64,000 nucleotides of DNA. Origin: Epiperipatus broadwayi. Taxonomy: Eukaryota > Animalia > Onychophora. Below are positions 53,494 through 64,000 of the stretch, in pieces; the first letter of the stretch is position 1; every line of letters begins with the position of its first letter. Location: positions 13,888,001 to 13,952,000 of the forward strand of contig JAQFVV010000010.1 of NCBI GenBank assembly GCA_028023455.1, read 5' to 3'. The notes below the pieces were generated by a model that saw only the letters and a list, made by a program, of their open reading frames with translations, made no database searches and was not told the DNA's origin. The translations under genes and the position numbers were made by a program.

Positions 53494-56490
53494 TTCATCA
53501 TCATCAACCATTATCAATCCACTGCAGGATGAAGGTCTCTCCAAGTTCAATCCATTTTTTTTTATCTTTAGCTTCTCTTCTCCACATTACCCCTGCACAC
53601 TTTTTTATTTCATCCATCCATCTCACATGTGGTCTCTTTCTGGGTCTTTTACAACCTTTGGAATCCAGTTTAAAATTTCAATTGACCATTTATTATCATC
53701 TCTTCCAACAATATGTCCAACCCAATTCCACTTTAGTCTTTTAATTTTTTCAATGAGGTCAGTAACACCTGTTTGTTCTCTTACCCATACATTGCGTTTT
53801 CGATCTCTTCTTGTTACTCCCAACATGTATCTCTCCATACTTCTTTGAGTGGTCTGAAGTCTCTGTATTGCTCTTCTATTAAGTGTCCAAGTCTCAGATC
53901 CATAAGTAAAAACTGGTAAAACACATTTATTAAAAACCTTCCTTTTCAAACACATAGGCATAGTTCCTTTTAGTATCAAGTTATTTCTACCAAAAGCACT
54001 CCAACCAAGTTTAATTCTATGATTAATTTCATCCATTATATTTCCATCTGTATTAATAATCTGACCAAGGTATTTGTAACTGCTAACTTTTTCCAACTCA
54101 TCATAATCAATCTTTATTTTCATATTTTGAGAAAATCTATTAAACATTATCTTAGACTTTTTAACATTTATCTGTAGTCCTACTTTCCTACTTTCATCTG
54201 ATAACTCCTGCAACATTTCCTGTAGCTCTAAAGCATTATTTGCAAAAAAAATAACTACATCATCTGAAAAATCTAAATGACTTAAATAATCTCCATTTAC
54301 TTTCATTCCTTTAGCTTCCCATTTTAATCCACAAAATACTTTTTGCAGCACTGCTGTAAAAAGTTTTGGAGATATGGAGTCACCCTGTTTTACACCCTTT
54401 TCAATGTTGATTTTCCTACTATCATTATGTAATCTAATTGTTGCTGTTGCATTTTTATAAATATTCTTTAAAATATGACAATATCCTAGATCTACACTTT
54501 GATGATCCAATGCTTTAATCACTGAAGAAATGTTTATAGAATCAAATGCCTTTTCATAATCTACAAATCCTAAGCATAATGGCAACTCAGATTCATTTGT
54601 CCTTTCTATAACTTCTCTCAATACCTGGATATGATCTACTGTACTAAAATCACTTTGGAAAACAGCTTGTTCTCTTGGTTGGTGGAAATCCAGTGTTTTC
54701 TGTAAACGAGTTGTAATTATCTTAGTAAAAATTTTATATAAAACTGATAAAAGACTGATAGGTCTGTAATTTCTAATATCTCCTTTATCACCTTTTTTAA
54801 ATATTAATATTATTACTGCATTCTTCCAATCATCCTGTACATCTTTATCATTTAGACATTTGGTATATAACTTTGCTAAAAAAAATTCTATTTCTTCACC
54901 TGCTTCTTTTAATATATCAATTATAGTTCCATCATTACCTGGAGCCTTCCCTTTCTTCATAAATTTAATTGCATGTCTCACTTCTTCATTCAAAATTCTG
55001 GGCAATTCGGAAGATATAATAGATATAGGAGGCACTTGTTTTTTGTTACTATATAATTCTTGATAAAAATCTTCTACACATTTCATGATGTCATCTCTCT
55101 TTTTAGTAATAATGCCATCTTTTTTTCTTATTGTAGATATAAATTTCATACCAATACCAAAATGTTGTTTTACATTCTTTAGACATTTATTCTCTTCTAC
55201 AGCTTTCCTTGCTAGTTCACAATTATACTTTCTTATATCATTTTCAACTCTTTTCTGCACCATTTTACAAAATTCGAGATATTCAATCTTTTTTAATGCA
55301 TCATTGTTGTATATCCTTATATTCCTTCTTTTCTTCGTAAATGCTCTAGTCTCAGTAGAAATTTTATTGGTCAATTGCTGCTTTCTTCTACCAGCTATTT
55401 TTGTTGCAGTTTTCAAAAGTGTATCAGTTATTTTCCTATTAATGTCGTTCAAATCTGAATCATGTTCAAAATCTACTAATACTTGAAACCGATTTGTAAG
55501 TTCTAATTTAAATTCATTAGAATGTTTCTGAAGATTAGGAATATCAACTGTAAATATTGTTTTTCTTAATAATTTTTGTCTCTCTAGTTTTGCATTAACA
55601 TGTATCTTACATCTTACTAATCGATGATCACTTCCTGTGTTAAATTTATTAAGAACATTACAATCTTGAAATATGTATTTTCTATTAGTCAAAATATAAT
55701 CCAATTTTGCTGTACCTTCATTTGGATGCTTCCATGTCCATTTCCTTTTAACATTTTTTTTCAAAAAAAGAATTCATAATATAAAGTTTTTCTTTTTCTG
55801 CAAACTCCACAAGTCTATGTCCTCTCTCATTTCTATTACCATAACCAAAATTATCTACAGCATTTTCATCTTTCATTTGATTACCAATTCTAGCATTAAA
55901 ATCTACCATAACAATTTTAAAATGTTGTTTACTCTGATCAAAAGTCTTTTGTACATCCATATAAAAATCTTCTACTACTTCATCACTATGAGAACTTGTT
56001 GGGGCATAAACTTGAATTATCTGCATTTGGTATCTGCTATTAAGTTGTAAAACTAATCTTGCCACTCTGTCTGATAAACCATCAATCTCCACAATGTTAT
56101 TCTTCCATTTTTTATTTATAATGAATCCTACTTCACTTGTATTTCCAATATTTATGCCTTTATAGTAGAGTATATAACCACTTTTTAAATCAATTGTTTT
56201 TTCACCTTTTCTTCTAACTTCACAAAGTCCAATAATGTCCCATTTAATATAAGACAGTTCTTCTTCTAACTCTTGCAATCTTCCTTCATATGAAAGTGAT
56301 TTGCAGTTGTAAGTACCTAAATAAAAAGTCATCATCAAATCGCAGCCTGAATCCATAATCAGGGGATTCTTAGCACCTCCACCTTCAGCCACCAACTGCT
56401 GCCTTGGTTGGTGACTTTACAGCCTCCTGGGAATAAGGGCCATGATTTTTTTTGTCTGTCATGATTATATATATTGGAAAAAAATATTAT
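53494..56490 (-). pseudogene. RTE-clade LINE, near full-length, frameshifted (APE plus RT)
   Basis: ORF pieces 55748-56395 (APE: GTYNCKSL, WDIIGLCEVRR) and 53623-55764 (GSDHRLV, KAPGNDG, YRPISLLS, LDFSDD); (TGA)n tail at ~53495; collinear with 60961-63960. Confidence 0.93.
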
Positions 56491-56786
56491 TAAACTTGGA
56501 GGCAAAAAGCCAATAAACTCACCACGCTGGCTAATGCATGTTGGTGAGCAGTCCATCCATGTTTGTATACTATATGAAGTAATAACAGCCGCAACAACAA
56601 TAATGTATGGAGTGGACATTAGGAATTTGCCCTGCTTGGTTCCTTTAACGCCTCCAAGAGTAATCAAAGGGTCTCCTTTCAGTTAATAGCAAACTCCTTT
56701 CTGCAGTCTTGATTTTTATTACATTTGTATAAATAATTATAGTAAAATATTTTGAATATTGCCTAATCCTATACTAATAATCTTAA

Positions 56787-57170
56787 ATAAAATAGAAATT
56801 TCATATAACATTACAATACTAGCCAAAAAACAAAATTTTACTAAAATTCTTTCACAATCATGATTTTATCTATTAACAAATAGATCTTTTCAAATGAAAT
56901 TCGACTAAACATATGACATATACACAAAACAAAATAGTCTTTCCATCATTGACCTCAAAAATCAATTTCCTTTAACATCAAGGGATGGCTTTATGAGATT
57001 TGATGTTAAAAGATGTTTTTTTTAAGTGAATGATGGGAAGGCTATTCTGTTTTGTATATATATATGGTATATTTAGTCAAATTTCACTTGAAAAGACAGT
57101 TGTGAAAGAATTTTAATAAAATTTTGTTTTTTGGCTAGTATTGTAATGTTATATGAATTTCTATTTTTTT
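56787..57170. repeat. Imperfect fold-back with ~190-bp arms
   Basis: aaaatagaaatttcatataacattacaatactagccaaaaaacaaaatttt / aaaattttgttttttggctagtattgtaatgttatatgaatttctatttt; centre aacatcaa...ttgatgtt. Confidence 0.85.
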
Positions 57171-57207
57171 TTCTATATAATAATAAATATTTTTCAATGC
57201 TTTGTAG

Positions 57208-57243
57208 CTCTGAGGAAGACTGCTGAGCAGTCGAAACTGTAAG
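57208..57243 (+). ncRNA. Isolated minimal hammerhead-like motif
   Basis: CTGAGGA a GACTGC tga GCAGTC GAAAC t GTA; stem I is only 2 bp. Confidence 0.5.
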
Positions 57244-57316
57244 AAAATAAAATTATTTGGAAAAAATATTGTTTGCATTGTATAAATGGAAAAGATATTA
57301 ATTGTAATTATATATA

Positions 57317-57367
57317 ATGATGATGATGATGATGATGACGATGACAATGATGATGATGATGATGATG

Positions 57368-57420
<53 letters not shown>
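57317..57420 (+). repeat. Compound microsatellite (ATG)n-(ATA)n
   Basis: Directly visible. Confidence 0.97.
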
Positions 57421-57421
<1 letters not shown>

Positions 57422-57892
57422 GAATAGAAAATATAAAAAATAAAGAATAAATATTCCTCATGTCGATGCTTTAGACCTTTGCTCATGCAAACTCAAGTGA
57501 AATGAATACTGGTAATCAAAGCTTTATCAATATAATAAACTTAAAAAGTAATGAAAACATTATATCCTAATCTAGAAATTCAGAAATAATTAAAGAGGCA
57601 ATGGTTTGGTCAAATAAAAAAAAAAACATAATGCAATCATCTTCCTGGACATATAGATTTGATTTATTAATAGAAAATGGTTATATTGTTTAAAAATATC
57701 AACAGCAAATCCATTGCTTGATGGATTAAAGTTAATCCAAGATTATATAAATTAAAAATAAACAAAATATTTTATCCAAATAAGAACACATTGAAATTAT
57801 TGAACATATGTAATTAATTTATCAATAATATCCATACTTCCTCTTTTTTTTTATTCTTCATATAACTAAGGATACAATAAAAGAGAAATGAC

Positions 57893-57960
57893 CTCCCCAA
57901 GGTGATTTTGTGCTGAACCAGCACTTATTAGTTGGCCCAGGTCACCAGCTCTCATATATA
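57893..57960 (-). repeat. Degenerate family B fragment
   Basis: Reverse complement reads ggccaactaataagtgctggttcagcacaaaat, homologous to ccaactgatgagtgctggtttagcatgaaat. Confidence 0.55.
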
Positions 57961-58672
57961 TCTTTATATTACATAAAGAATATTTATGTATGGTGAATTG
58001 TCACATCTTTATTTACAACCGCCAAACTTGCTCCACTCACAATCTCAGCTTCATATATTTTTGATAAACCTAACTATGTTTATCATTAATCATTTATTAA
58101 ATTATAGAAAATAATTATATTAGGAGATGATCATTTTTTGGAAAGCTATTCTCAGTATTCAACTTAATGAAATGTGGTCATGCAGTAATTGTGAGGCTAA
58201 TAATATTGCCTTAATCATATATATGTTGTCCAAAAATTTATACATAATCCAAAGTTCACAATTACCTTTAATGTAAGTTTACTGAATTCTAATCATAATA
58301 AGATCAGTCATTGGGCAAAAACAGATAGTCTCTTGCCAAGACTATATATTGATCATGCTTATTCTTGGGATGACAAACAATTTTAGTAGTAAGAGATTCA
58401 TTCTCTAAATAGAAGAAAGTAATTAATGTCCCATTAATCCATCCCATAATTCAAGCCTTATAAAGAATGTTTTTACAAACATGGTTTTTCATATACCTAT
58501 TCCCCAAATATTTGGTATCTAACTAAACTAGTTTAAAACATCATGCTTATGGAAAATCACAATGAGTTTTCATATCTTTCCTTTGCCTCGAATATAATAG
58601 GCAGAAAGAGAAAATGATCAATAGGTAAAAATACTATTAAGGAAAATCACAGTAAAACTAAACAACTATAAA

Positions 58673-58836
58673 TTGTTAACTGAACACATGAATGCAAGTT
58701 TGATTATGGGCAAGATTCCAGCTGAACTACTTGTGAATTGAACATTGAGGACTAGTTGTTAACTGAACACATGAATGCAAGTTTGATTATGGGCAAGATT
58801 CCAGCTGAACTACTTGTGAATTGAACATTGAGGACT
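58673..58836 (+). repeat. Tandem duplication, 83-bp period
   Basis: ttgttaactgaacacatg at 58673 and 58756. Confidence 0.95.
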
Positions 58837-59919
58837 TATTTTTGATCAACAATCCTGAATGCAGACATATATTTGAAATAAAACAGATTATAAACAAATT
58901 CTAATCTGGTATTAATATACTGAGTTTTATGTATTGAGATGCCGGGGACAAAGTAGATTTCTGCTTTTATCGTGTTTAAACATGTCTTCAAGTATTTGCT
59001 GTAAAACCATAAGTATTAAGTGTAAATAGTCATCAAATGAAAGAAATCTATCCAGAAGAATTTATTAAAGAAAATCAACAAAATAGTGATGTTGACACTG
59101 CCACAAAAAATATTCATCTTTCTAACGAGAAAATATCATAAAAAGAAATATATGAATTTGATGATACCCAAAATGCATTGCAAATGATATAACAATTGAA
59201 TAAATGTTTTCAAGTAGTGGCAAATATTGTAAACAAGTTTATCTAGCTTACCTTCAGCCTATGATAAATATCAAAACAAGCAAGCTATAAGTATCTGGGG
59301 GAAAAAAACTACAATTAATAAATATATCAACTGAAAGAGCAAAACTTTATATCCTACTTGATTTTAACTACTAAGAACACACCTGCCGAGTGTATTACTA
59401 TGGGTAACCTGAGGTTCATTTGGTTATTGGGAATCTACTAACTGTAGAACAGTCATACTAAACTAATACAACATCATAAGTTTTGCTGAAAATAAAGTAA
59501 AAATCTATTTATAAACTAATTTTCCAAATAGAACTAACTGCTAGCTTATTTCTATATTGGATAAACCAGGAATGGTATCTATATATTAGCCATTTGTAAC
59601 AGAGGCTTAGAAGTAACAATTGATATCAGTTATCAAACCAAATCTGTTTGAGCATGAAATTGTAAATAGTTTTTTTTAAAAAACTAATCTTTATGTCCAA
59701 ATATAACTCTATATATGTAGGGTATCTATAATTTGACAGGTTTAACTGGAACACACGACCAAAAAAAATTGTAAATTACTGTATATTTCAGTACAAAATG
59801 AAAAAAATCAAAAAACATATAATCAATTTACATTACTAACAATATACTTATTTCATAACATAAACAAAAGCAAAAGAAAATTGTTTGTATACATATATTA
59901 TCTATTAAAATGAATCCTG

Positions 59920-59990
59920 TGATGTTTGGCCTAGTTGGTACAGTGTCCAGTTTGGGATTGGAAGGTCCCAAGATTCGTGGTCTGGTGCTC
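59920..59990 (+). pseudogene. tRNA-like (Pro-TGG-like) degenerate sequence
   Basis: A-box-like tggcctagttgg; anticodon-like stem-loop tccag tttggga ttgga; B-box degraded. Confidence 0.35.
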
Positions 59991-60332
59991 AAACTTCTTA
60001 TGAATTCCTGAAAAATAAATTCATATGCCTTTTTTAAAAAATTAAAACAAAATCACAAATTGAAATCATGTATTACACCTATACCAAATTAACGGGGAGC
60101 CATTTCCATTTAAAGAAAATTACAGTTGATTAACTAATCAAAAAATTAATTATAAAATATTAAATGAATAAATATTTATAAAAAATAAAAATTAAATATA
60201 ATGTTAAAATTAAAGTAAAAATGAGAGGTTAAGAAAACTGGGACTTAACTGTCCTGAAAGTCTATGTCAGGATACCGGAATAAGAGGGCTAAAACTGGAA
60301 TGTATGTACACCCATTGTATATATATGAGTGC

Positions 60333-60445
60333 TAAACCAATAAACATCACATGATCACTATCTCTTATACTAGCACATTCTGGCATCCATTGATTACTCT
60401 GGTTGACACAGGGTGGCATTACTGTATGGAGAGTTTTGCCTTATT
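60333..60445. mobile_element. Family A head-to-head mini insertion (locus A6)
   Basis: taaaccaataaacatcacatgatcac (minus) joined to ctggcatccattgattactctgg...gagagttttgcc (plus); exact 13-bp TSD tatatatgagtgc at 60320-60332 and 60446-60458. Confidence 0.85.
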
Positions 60446-60960
60446 TATATATGAGTGCCCCAGTAACATATATTTTTATTATATTCTGTTCCCAATATGT
60501 ACAATATTAATCATAAATTGTCAATATACTGAGAGAGAGTGTAATGAACTGGCCTTTTTTCTATTTTTTAAACAATTTCCTGCTTAAATGAAGTACTTGT
60601 GATAGTCAATGTTTGAAGAATTCAATAATAACGTATCATTTGGGTTACAACCAATATTATTATTTTCAATAATTTTGGGTCATAATTGGTTCTACCGGTC
60701 CACATTTTAAATTCCTCTCTGAATTCTGTGAATTTGTTCTTAGAATTTAAGCACTGATAGATACCATTGCATAAAATAATTGTTAATATCACCACCTTTC
60801 ACTTAGTATATTTAAAAATTTCAGAAATATAAAGAGCCAAGATAGAGCTTAAAATAAATTTAATATCATACCATTTTGTTCCACATGTAATTGACTTATC
60901 GAAAAACAAACTTGTAGCTATCTTAAATAAACCTTCAAGCATCACATGATCACATCTCCA

Positions 60961-63900
60961 ATCATCATCATCATCATTATCAACCATTATCAATCCACTG
61001 CAGGATGAAGGTCTCTCCAAGTTTAATCCATTTTCTCCGATCTTTAACTTCTCTTCTCCACATCACCCCTACACATTTTCTTATTTCATCCATCCATCTT
61101 ACATGTGGTCTCCTTCTGGGTCTTTTACAATCTCTTGGAATCCAGTTTAAAATTTCAATTGTCCATCTATTATCATTTCTTCTAGCAATATGTCCAGCCC
61201 AACTCCACTTCAATCTTTTAATTTTTTCAATGAGGTCAGTAACACCTGTTTGTTCTCTTACCCATACATTGCGTTTTCGATCTCTTCTTGTTACTCCCAA
61301 CATACATCTCTCCATACTTCTTTGAGTGGTCTGAAGTCTCTGTATTGATCTTCTATTAAGTGTCCAAGTCTCAGATCCATAAGTAAAAACTGGTAAAACA
61401 CATTTGTTAAAAACCTTTCTTTTCAAACACATAGGCATATTTCCTTTTAATATCAAGTTATTTCTACCAAAGGCACTCCAACCAAGTTTAATTCTATGAT
61501 TAATTTCCTCTATTATGTTTCCATCTGTATTAATGATCTGACCAAGGTATTTGTAACTCTTAACTTCTTCTAATTCATCATAATCAATCTTTATTTTCAT
61601 ATTTGGAGCAAATCGATTAAACATTACTTTAGTCTTTTTAACATTTATCTTTAGTCCTACTTTCCTACTTTCATCTGATAACTCCTGCAACATTTCCTGC
61701 AGCTCGGAAGCATTATTTGCAAAAACAACTACATCATCTGCGAAATCTAAATGACTTAAATAATCTCCATTTACTTTCACTTCTTTAGTTTCCCATTTTA
61801 ATCCACAAAATACTTCTTGCAGCACTGCTGTAAAAAGTTTTGGAGATATGGAGTCACCTTGTCTTACACCTTTCTCAATGTTGACTTTCCCAGTATCATT
61901 ATGTAATCTAATTGTTGCTGTTGCATTTTTATAAATATTCTTTAAAATATGACAATATCCTGGATCTATACCTTGATGATCCAATGCTTTAATCATTGAA
62001 GAAATGTTTATAGAATCAAATGCCTTTTCATAATCTACAAATCCAAAACATAATGACAACTCATATTCATTTGTCCTTCCTATAACTTCTCTCAATACTT
62101 GAATATGATCTACTGAACTAAAACCACTTTTAAATCCAGCTTGTTCTCTTGGTTGGTGAAAATCCAAGGTTCTCTGTAGACGAGTTGTAATTATCTTGGT
62201 AAAATTTTTATATAAAACTGATAAAAGGCTGATAGGTCTGTAATTTCTAATATCTTCTTTATCACCTTTTTTAAATATTAATATTATTACTGCATTCTTC
62301 CAATCATCCGGTACATCTTTATCATTTAGACATTTGGTATATAACTTTGCTAATATTTTTTCTGTTTCTTCACCTGCTTCTTTTAATATATCAATTATAA
62401 TTCCATCATTACCTGGAGCCTTTCCTTTTTTCATACATTTAATTGCATTTCTCACTTCTTCATTTAAAATTCTGATCAATTCGGAAGATGTAATAGATAT
62501 AGGAGGTACTTGTTCTTTATTACTATATAATTCTTGATAAAAATCTTCTACCAATTTCATAATGTCATCCCTCTTTTTAGCAATAATTCCATCTTTTTTC
62601 CTTATTGCAGATATAAATTTCCTACCAATACCAACATGTTGTTTTACATTCTTAAAACTTTTATTTTCTTCTACAGCTTTTCTTGCTAGTTCACAGTTAT
62701 ACTTTCTTATATCATTTTCAACTCTTTTCCGCACCATTTTACAAAATTCGAGATATTCAATTCTTTTTAATGCATCATTCTTGCATATCTTCATATTCCT
62801 TCTTTTCTTCATAAGTTCTCTAGTCTCAGTAGAAATTTTATTAGTCAATTGCTGCTTTTTTCTACCAGCTATCTTTGTTGCAGTTTTTAAAAGTGTATCA
62901 GTTATTTTCATATTAATTTCATTCAAATCTGAATCATGTTCAAAATCTACTAATACTTGAAACCGATTTGTAAGTTCTAATTTAAATTCATTAGAATGTT
63001 TCTGAAGATTAGGAATATCAACTGTAAATATAGTTTTTCTTAATAATTTTTGTCTCTCTAGTTTTACATTAACATGTATCTTACCCCTTACTAATCGATG
63101 ATCACTTCCTGTGTTAAATTTATTAAGAACATTACAATCTTGAAATATGTATTTCCTGTTAGTCAAAATATAATCCAATTCTGCTGTACCTTCATTTGGA
63201 TGCTTCCATGTCCATTTCCTTCTAACATTTTTCTCAAAAAAAGAATTCATAATATAAAGTTTTTCCTTCTCTGCAAACTCCACAAGTCTATGTCCTCTCT
63301 CATTTCTATTACCATAACCAAAATTACCTACAACACTTTCATCTTTCATTTGTTTACCAATTCTAGCATTAAAATCTCCCATAACAATTTTAAAATGTTG
63401 TTTACTCTGATCAAAAGCCTTTTGTACATCCATATAAAAATCTTCTACTACTTCATCACTGTGAGAACTTGTTGGGGCATAAACCTGAATTATCTGCATT
63501 TGATATCTGCAATTAAGTTGTATAACTAATCTTGCCACTCTGTCTGATACACCATCAATCTCCACAATATTGTTCTTCCACTTTTTATTTATAATGAATC
63601 CTACTCCACTTGTATTTCCAATATTTGTGCCTTTATAATAGAGCATATGTCCACTTTTTAAATCAATTGTCTCTTCACCTTTTCTTCTAACTTCACAAAG
63701 TCCAATAATATCCCATTTAATATAAGAGAGTTCTTCTTCTAATTCTTGCAATCTTCCTTCACTTGAAAGTGATCTGCAGTTGTAAGTACCTAAATAAAAA
63801 GTCATCATCAAATGGCAGCCTGGGTCCGCCTCCAGGATATTCTTAGCACCCTCCGCCTTCGGCCACCAACCGCTGCCTTGGTTGGTGACTTTACAGCCTC

Positions 63901-64000
63901 CTGGGATTAAGGGCCATGCTTTATTTTTGTCTGTCATAATTGTATAATTGGGAAAAATCTTTATCATTTACACAAACATTCATTCTGCCTTATCAGGCAC
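60961..64000 (-). mobile_element. RTE-clade LINE, apparently intact; 5' end at or beyond the window edge
   Basis: Single long APE-RT ORF, very short 3' UTR, (TGA)n tail at 60961-60979. Confidence 0.92.
60980..63967 (-). CDS. APE endonuclease plus reverse transcriptase (995 aa)
   Basis: GTYNCRSL, GLCEVRR, QVYAPT, MGDFNAR, LDYIL, GSDHRLV (APE); KAPGNDG, YRPISLLS, FVDYEKAFDS, GVRQGDSISP, LDFADD, YKYLG (RT). Confidence 0.95.
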   Translation of the reverse strand: MIKIFPNYTIMTDKNKAWPLIPGGCKVTNQGSGWWPKAEGAKNILEADPGCHLMMTFYLGTYNCRSLSSEGRLQELEEELSYIKWDIIGLCEVRRKGEETIDLKSGHMLYYKGTNIGNTSGVGFIINKKWKNNIVEIDGVSDRVARLVIQLNCRYQMQIIQVYAPTSSHSDEVVEDFYMDVQKAFDQSKQHFKIVMGDFNARIGKQMKDESVVGNFGYGNRNERGHRLVEFAEKEKLYIMNSFFEKNVRRKWTWKHPNEGTAELDYILTNRKYIFQDCNVLNKFNTGSDHRLVRGKIHVNVKLERQKLLRKTIFTVDIPNLQKHSNEFKLELTNRFQVLVDFEHDSDLNEINMKITDTLLKTATKIAGRKKQQLTNKISTETRELMKKRRNMKICKNDALKRIEYLEFCKMVRKRVENDIRKYNCELARKAVEENKSFKNVKQHVGIGRKFISAIRKKDGIIAKKRDDIMKLVEDFYQELYSNKEQVPPISITSSELIRILNEEVRNAIKCMKKGKAPGNDGIIIDILKEAGEETEKILAKLYTKCLNDKDVPDDWKNAVIILIFKKGDKEDIRNYRPISLLSVLYKNFTKIITTRLQRTLDFHQPREQAGFKSGFSSVDHIQVLREVIGRTNEYELSLCFGFVDYEKAFDSINISSMIKALDHQGIDPGYCHILKNIYKNATATIRLHNDTGKVNIEKGVRQGDSISPKLFTAVLQEVFCGLKWETKEVKVNGDYLSHLDFADDVVVFANNASELQEMLQELSDESRKVGLKINVKKTKVMFNRFAPNMKIKIDYDELEEVKSYKYLGQIINTDGNIIEEINHRIKLGWSAFGRNNLILKGNMPMCLKRKVFNKCVLPVFTYGSETWTLNRRSIQRLQTTQRSMERCMLGVTRRDRKRNVWVREQTGVTDLIEKIKRLKWSWAGHIARRNDNRWTIEILNWIPRDCKRPRRRPHVRWMDEIRKCVGVMWRREVKDRRKWIKLGETFILQWIDNG

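Noticed and set aside
57135-57486. Poly-L/S and poly-I ORFs
   Set aside because: Translations of the (ATG)n(ATA)n microsatellite
53478-63529. Plus-strand ORFs over the RTE copies (53627, 54860, 55085, 61005, 62334, 62562, 63098)
   Set aside because: Antisense shadows of the RT ORF
63820-63930. HDV-like ribozyme in the RTE 5' region (GCTAA motif, strong hairpin gtcaccaacc/ggttggtggc)
   Set aside because: Could not build the nested double pseudoknot (no convincing P1, P3 or L3), and the region lies inside the ORF

Overview
Very AT-rich, CpG-poor eukaryotic (invertebrate-like) DNA dominated by mobile elements; no host protein-coding gene could be identified with confidence. Recognisable elements: an internally deleted Ty3/Gypsy LTR retrotransposon (15367-18650, GGAAC TSD); a decayed hAT/Buster transposon (33053-35506) and an hAT MITE (51345-51834), both with 8-bp TSDs; a Penelope-like element (PLE; RT plus GIY-YIG) present as a 4.7-kb head-to-head palindrome (37899-42582); RTE-type LINEs (one intact 995-aa ORF, one frameshifted copy, two older fragments); a 5'-truncated L1/Tx1-like LINE end with a 14-bp TSD; tRNA-Gly-derived short repeats; a probable piggyBac remnant; and simple repeats. 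The most striking feature is that the window holds about 16 fold-back structures, many containing hammerhead ribozyme (HHR) motifs. One non-coding family with a ~440-bp unit occurs at six loci, always as two oppositely oriented arms. Four loci have exact 13-14-bp TSDs and a fifth a degenerate one; in these five the two outer ends fall at the same two sites ~50 nt apart. This looks like a retrozyme-like system mobilised by a PLE-type enzyme through double internal priming. All alignments and RNA folds were done by eye; ribozyme activity and mechanism are inferences.
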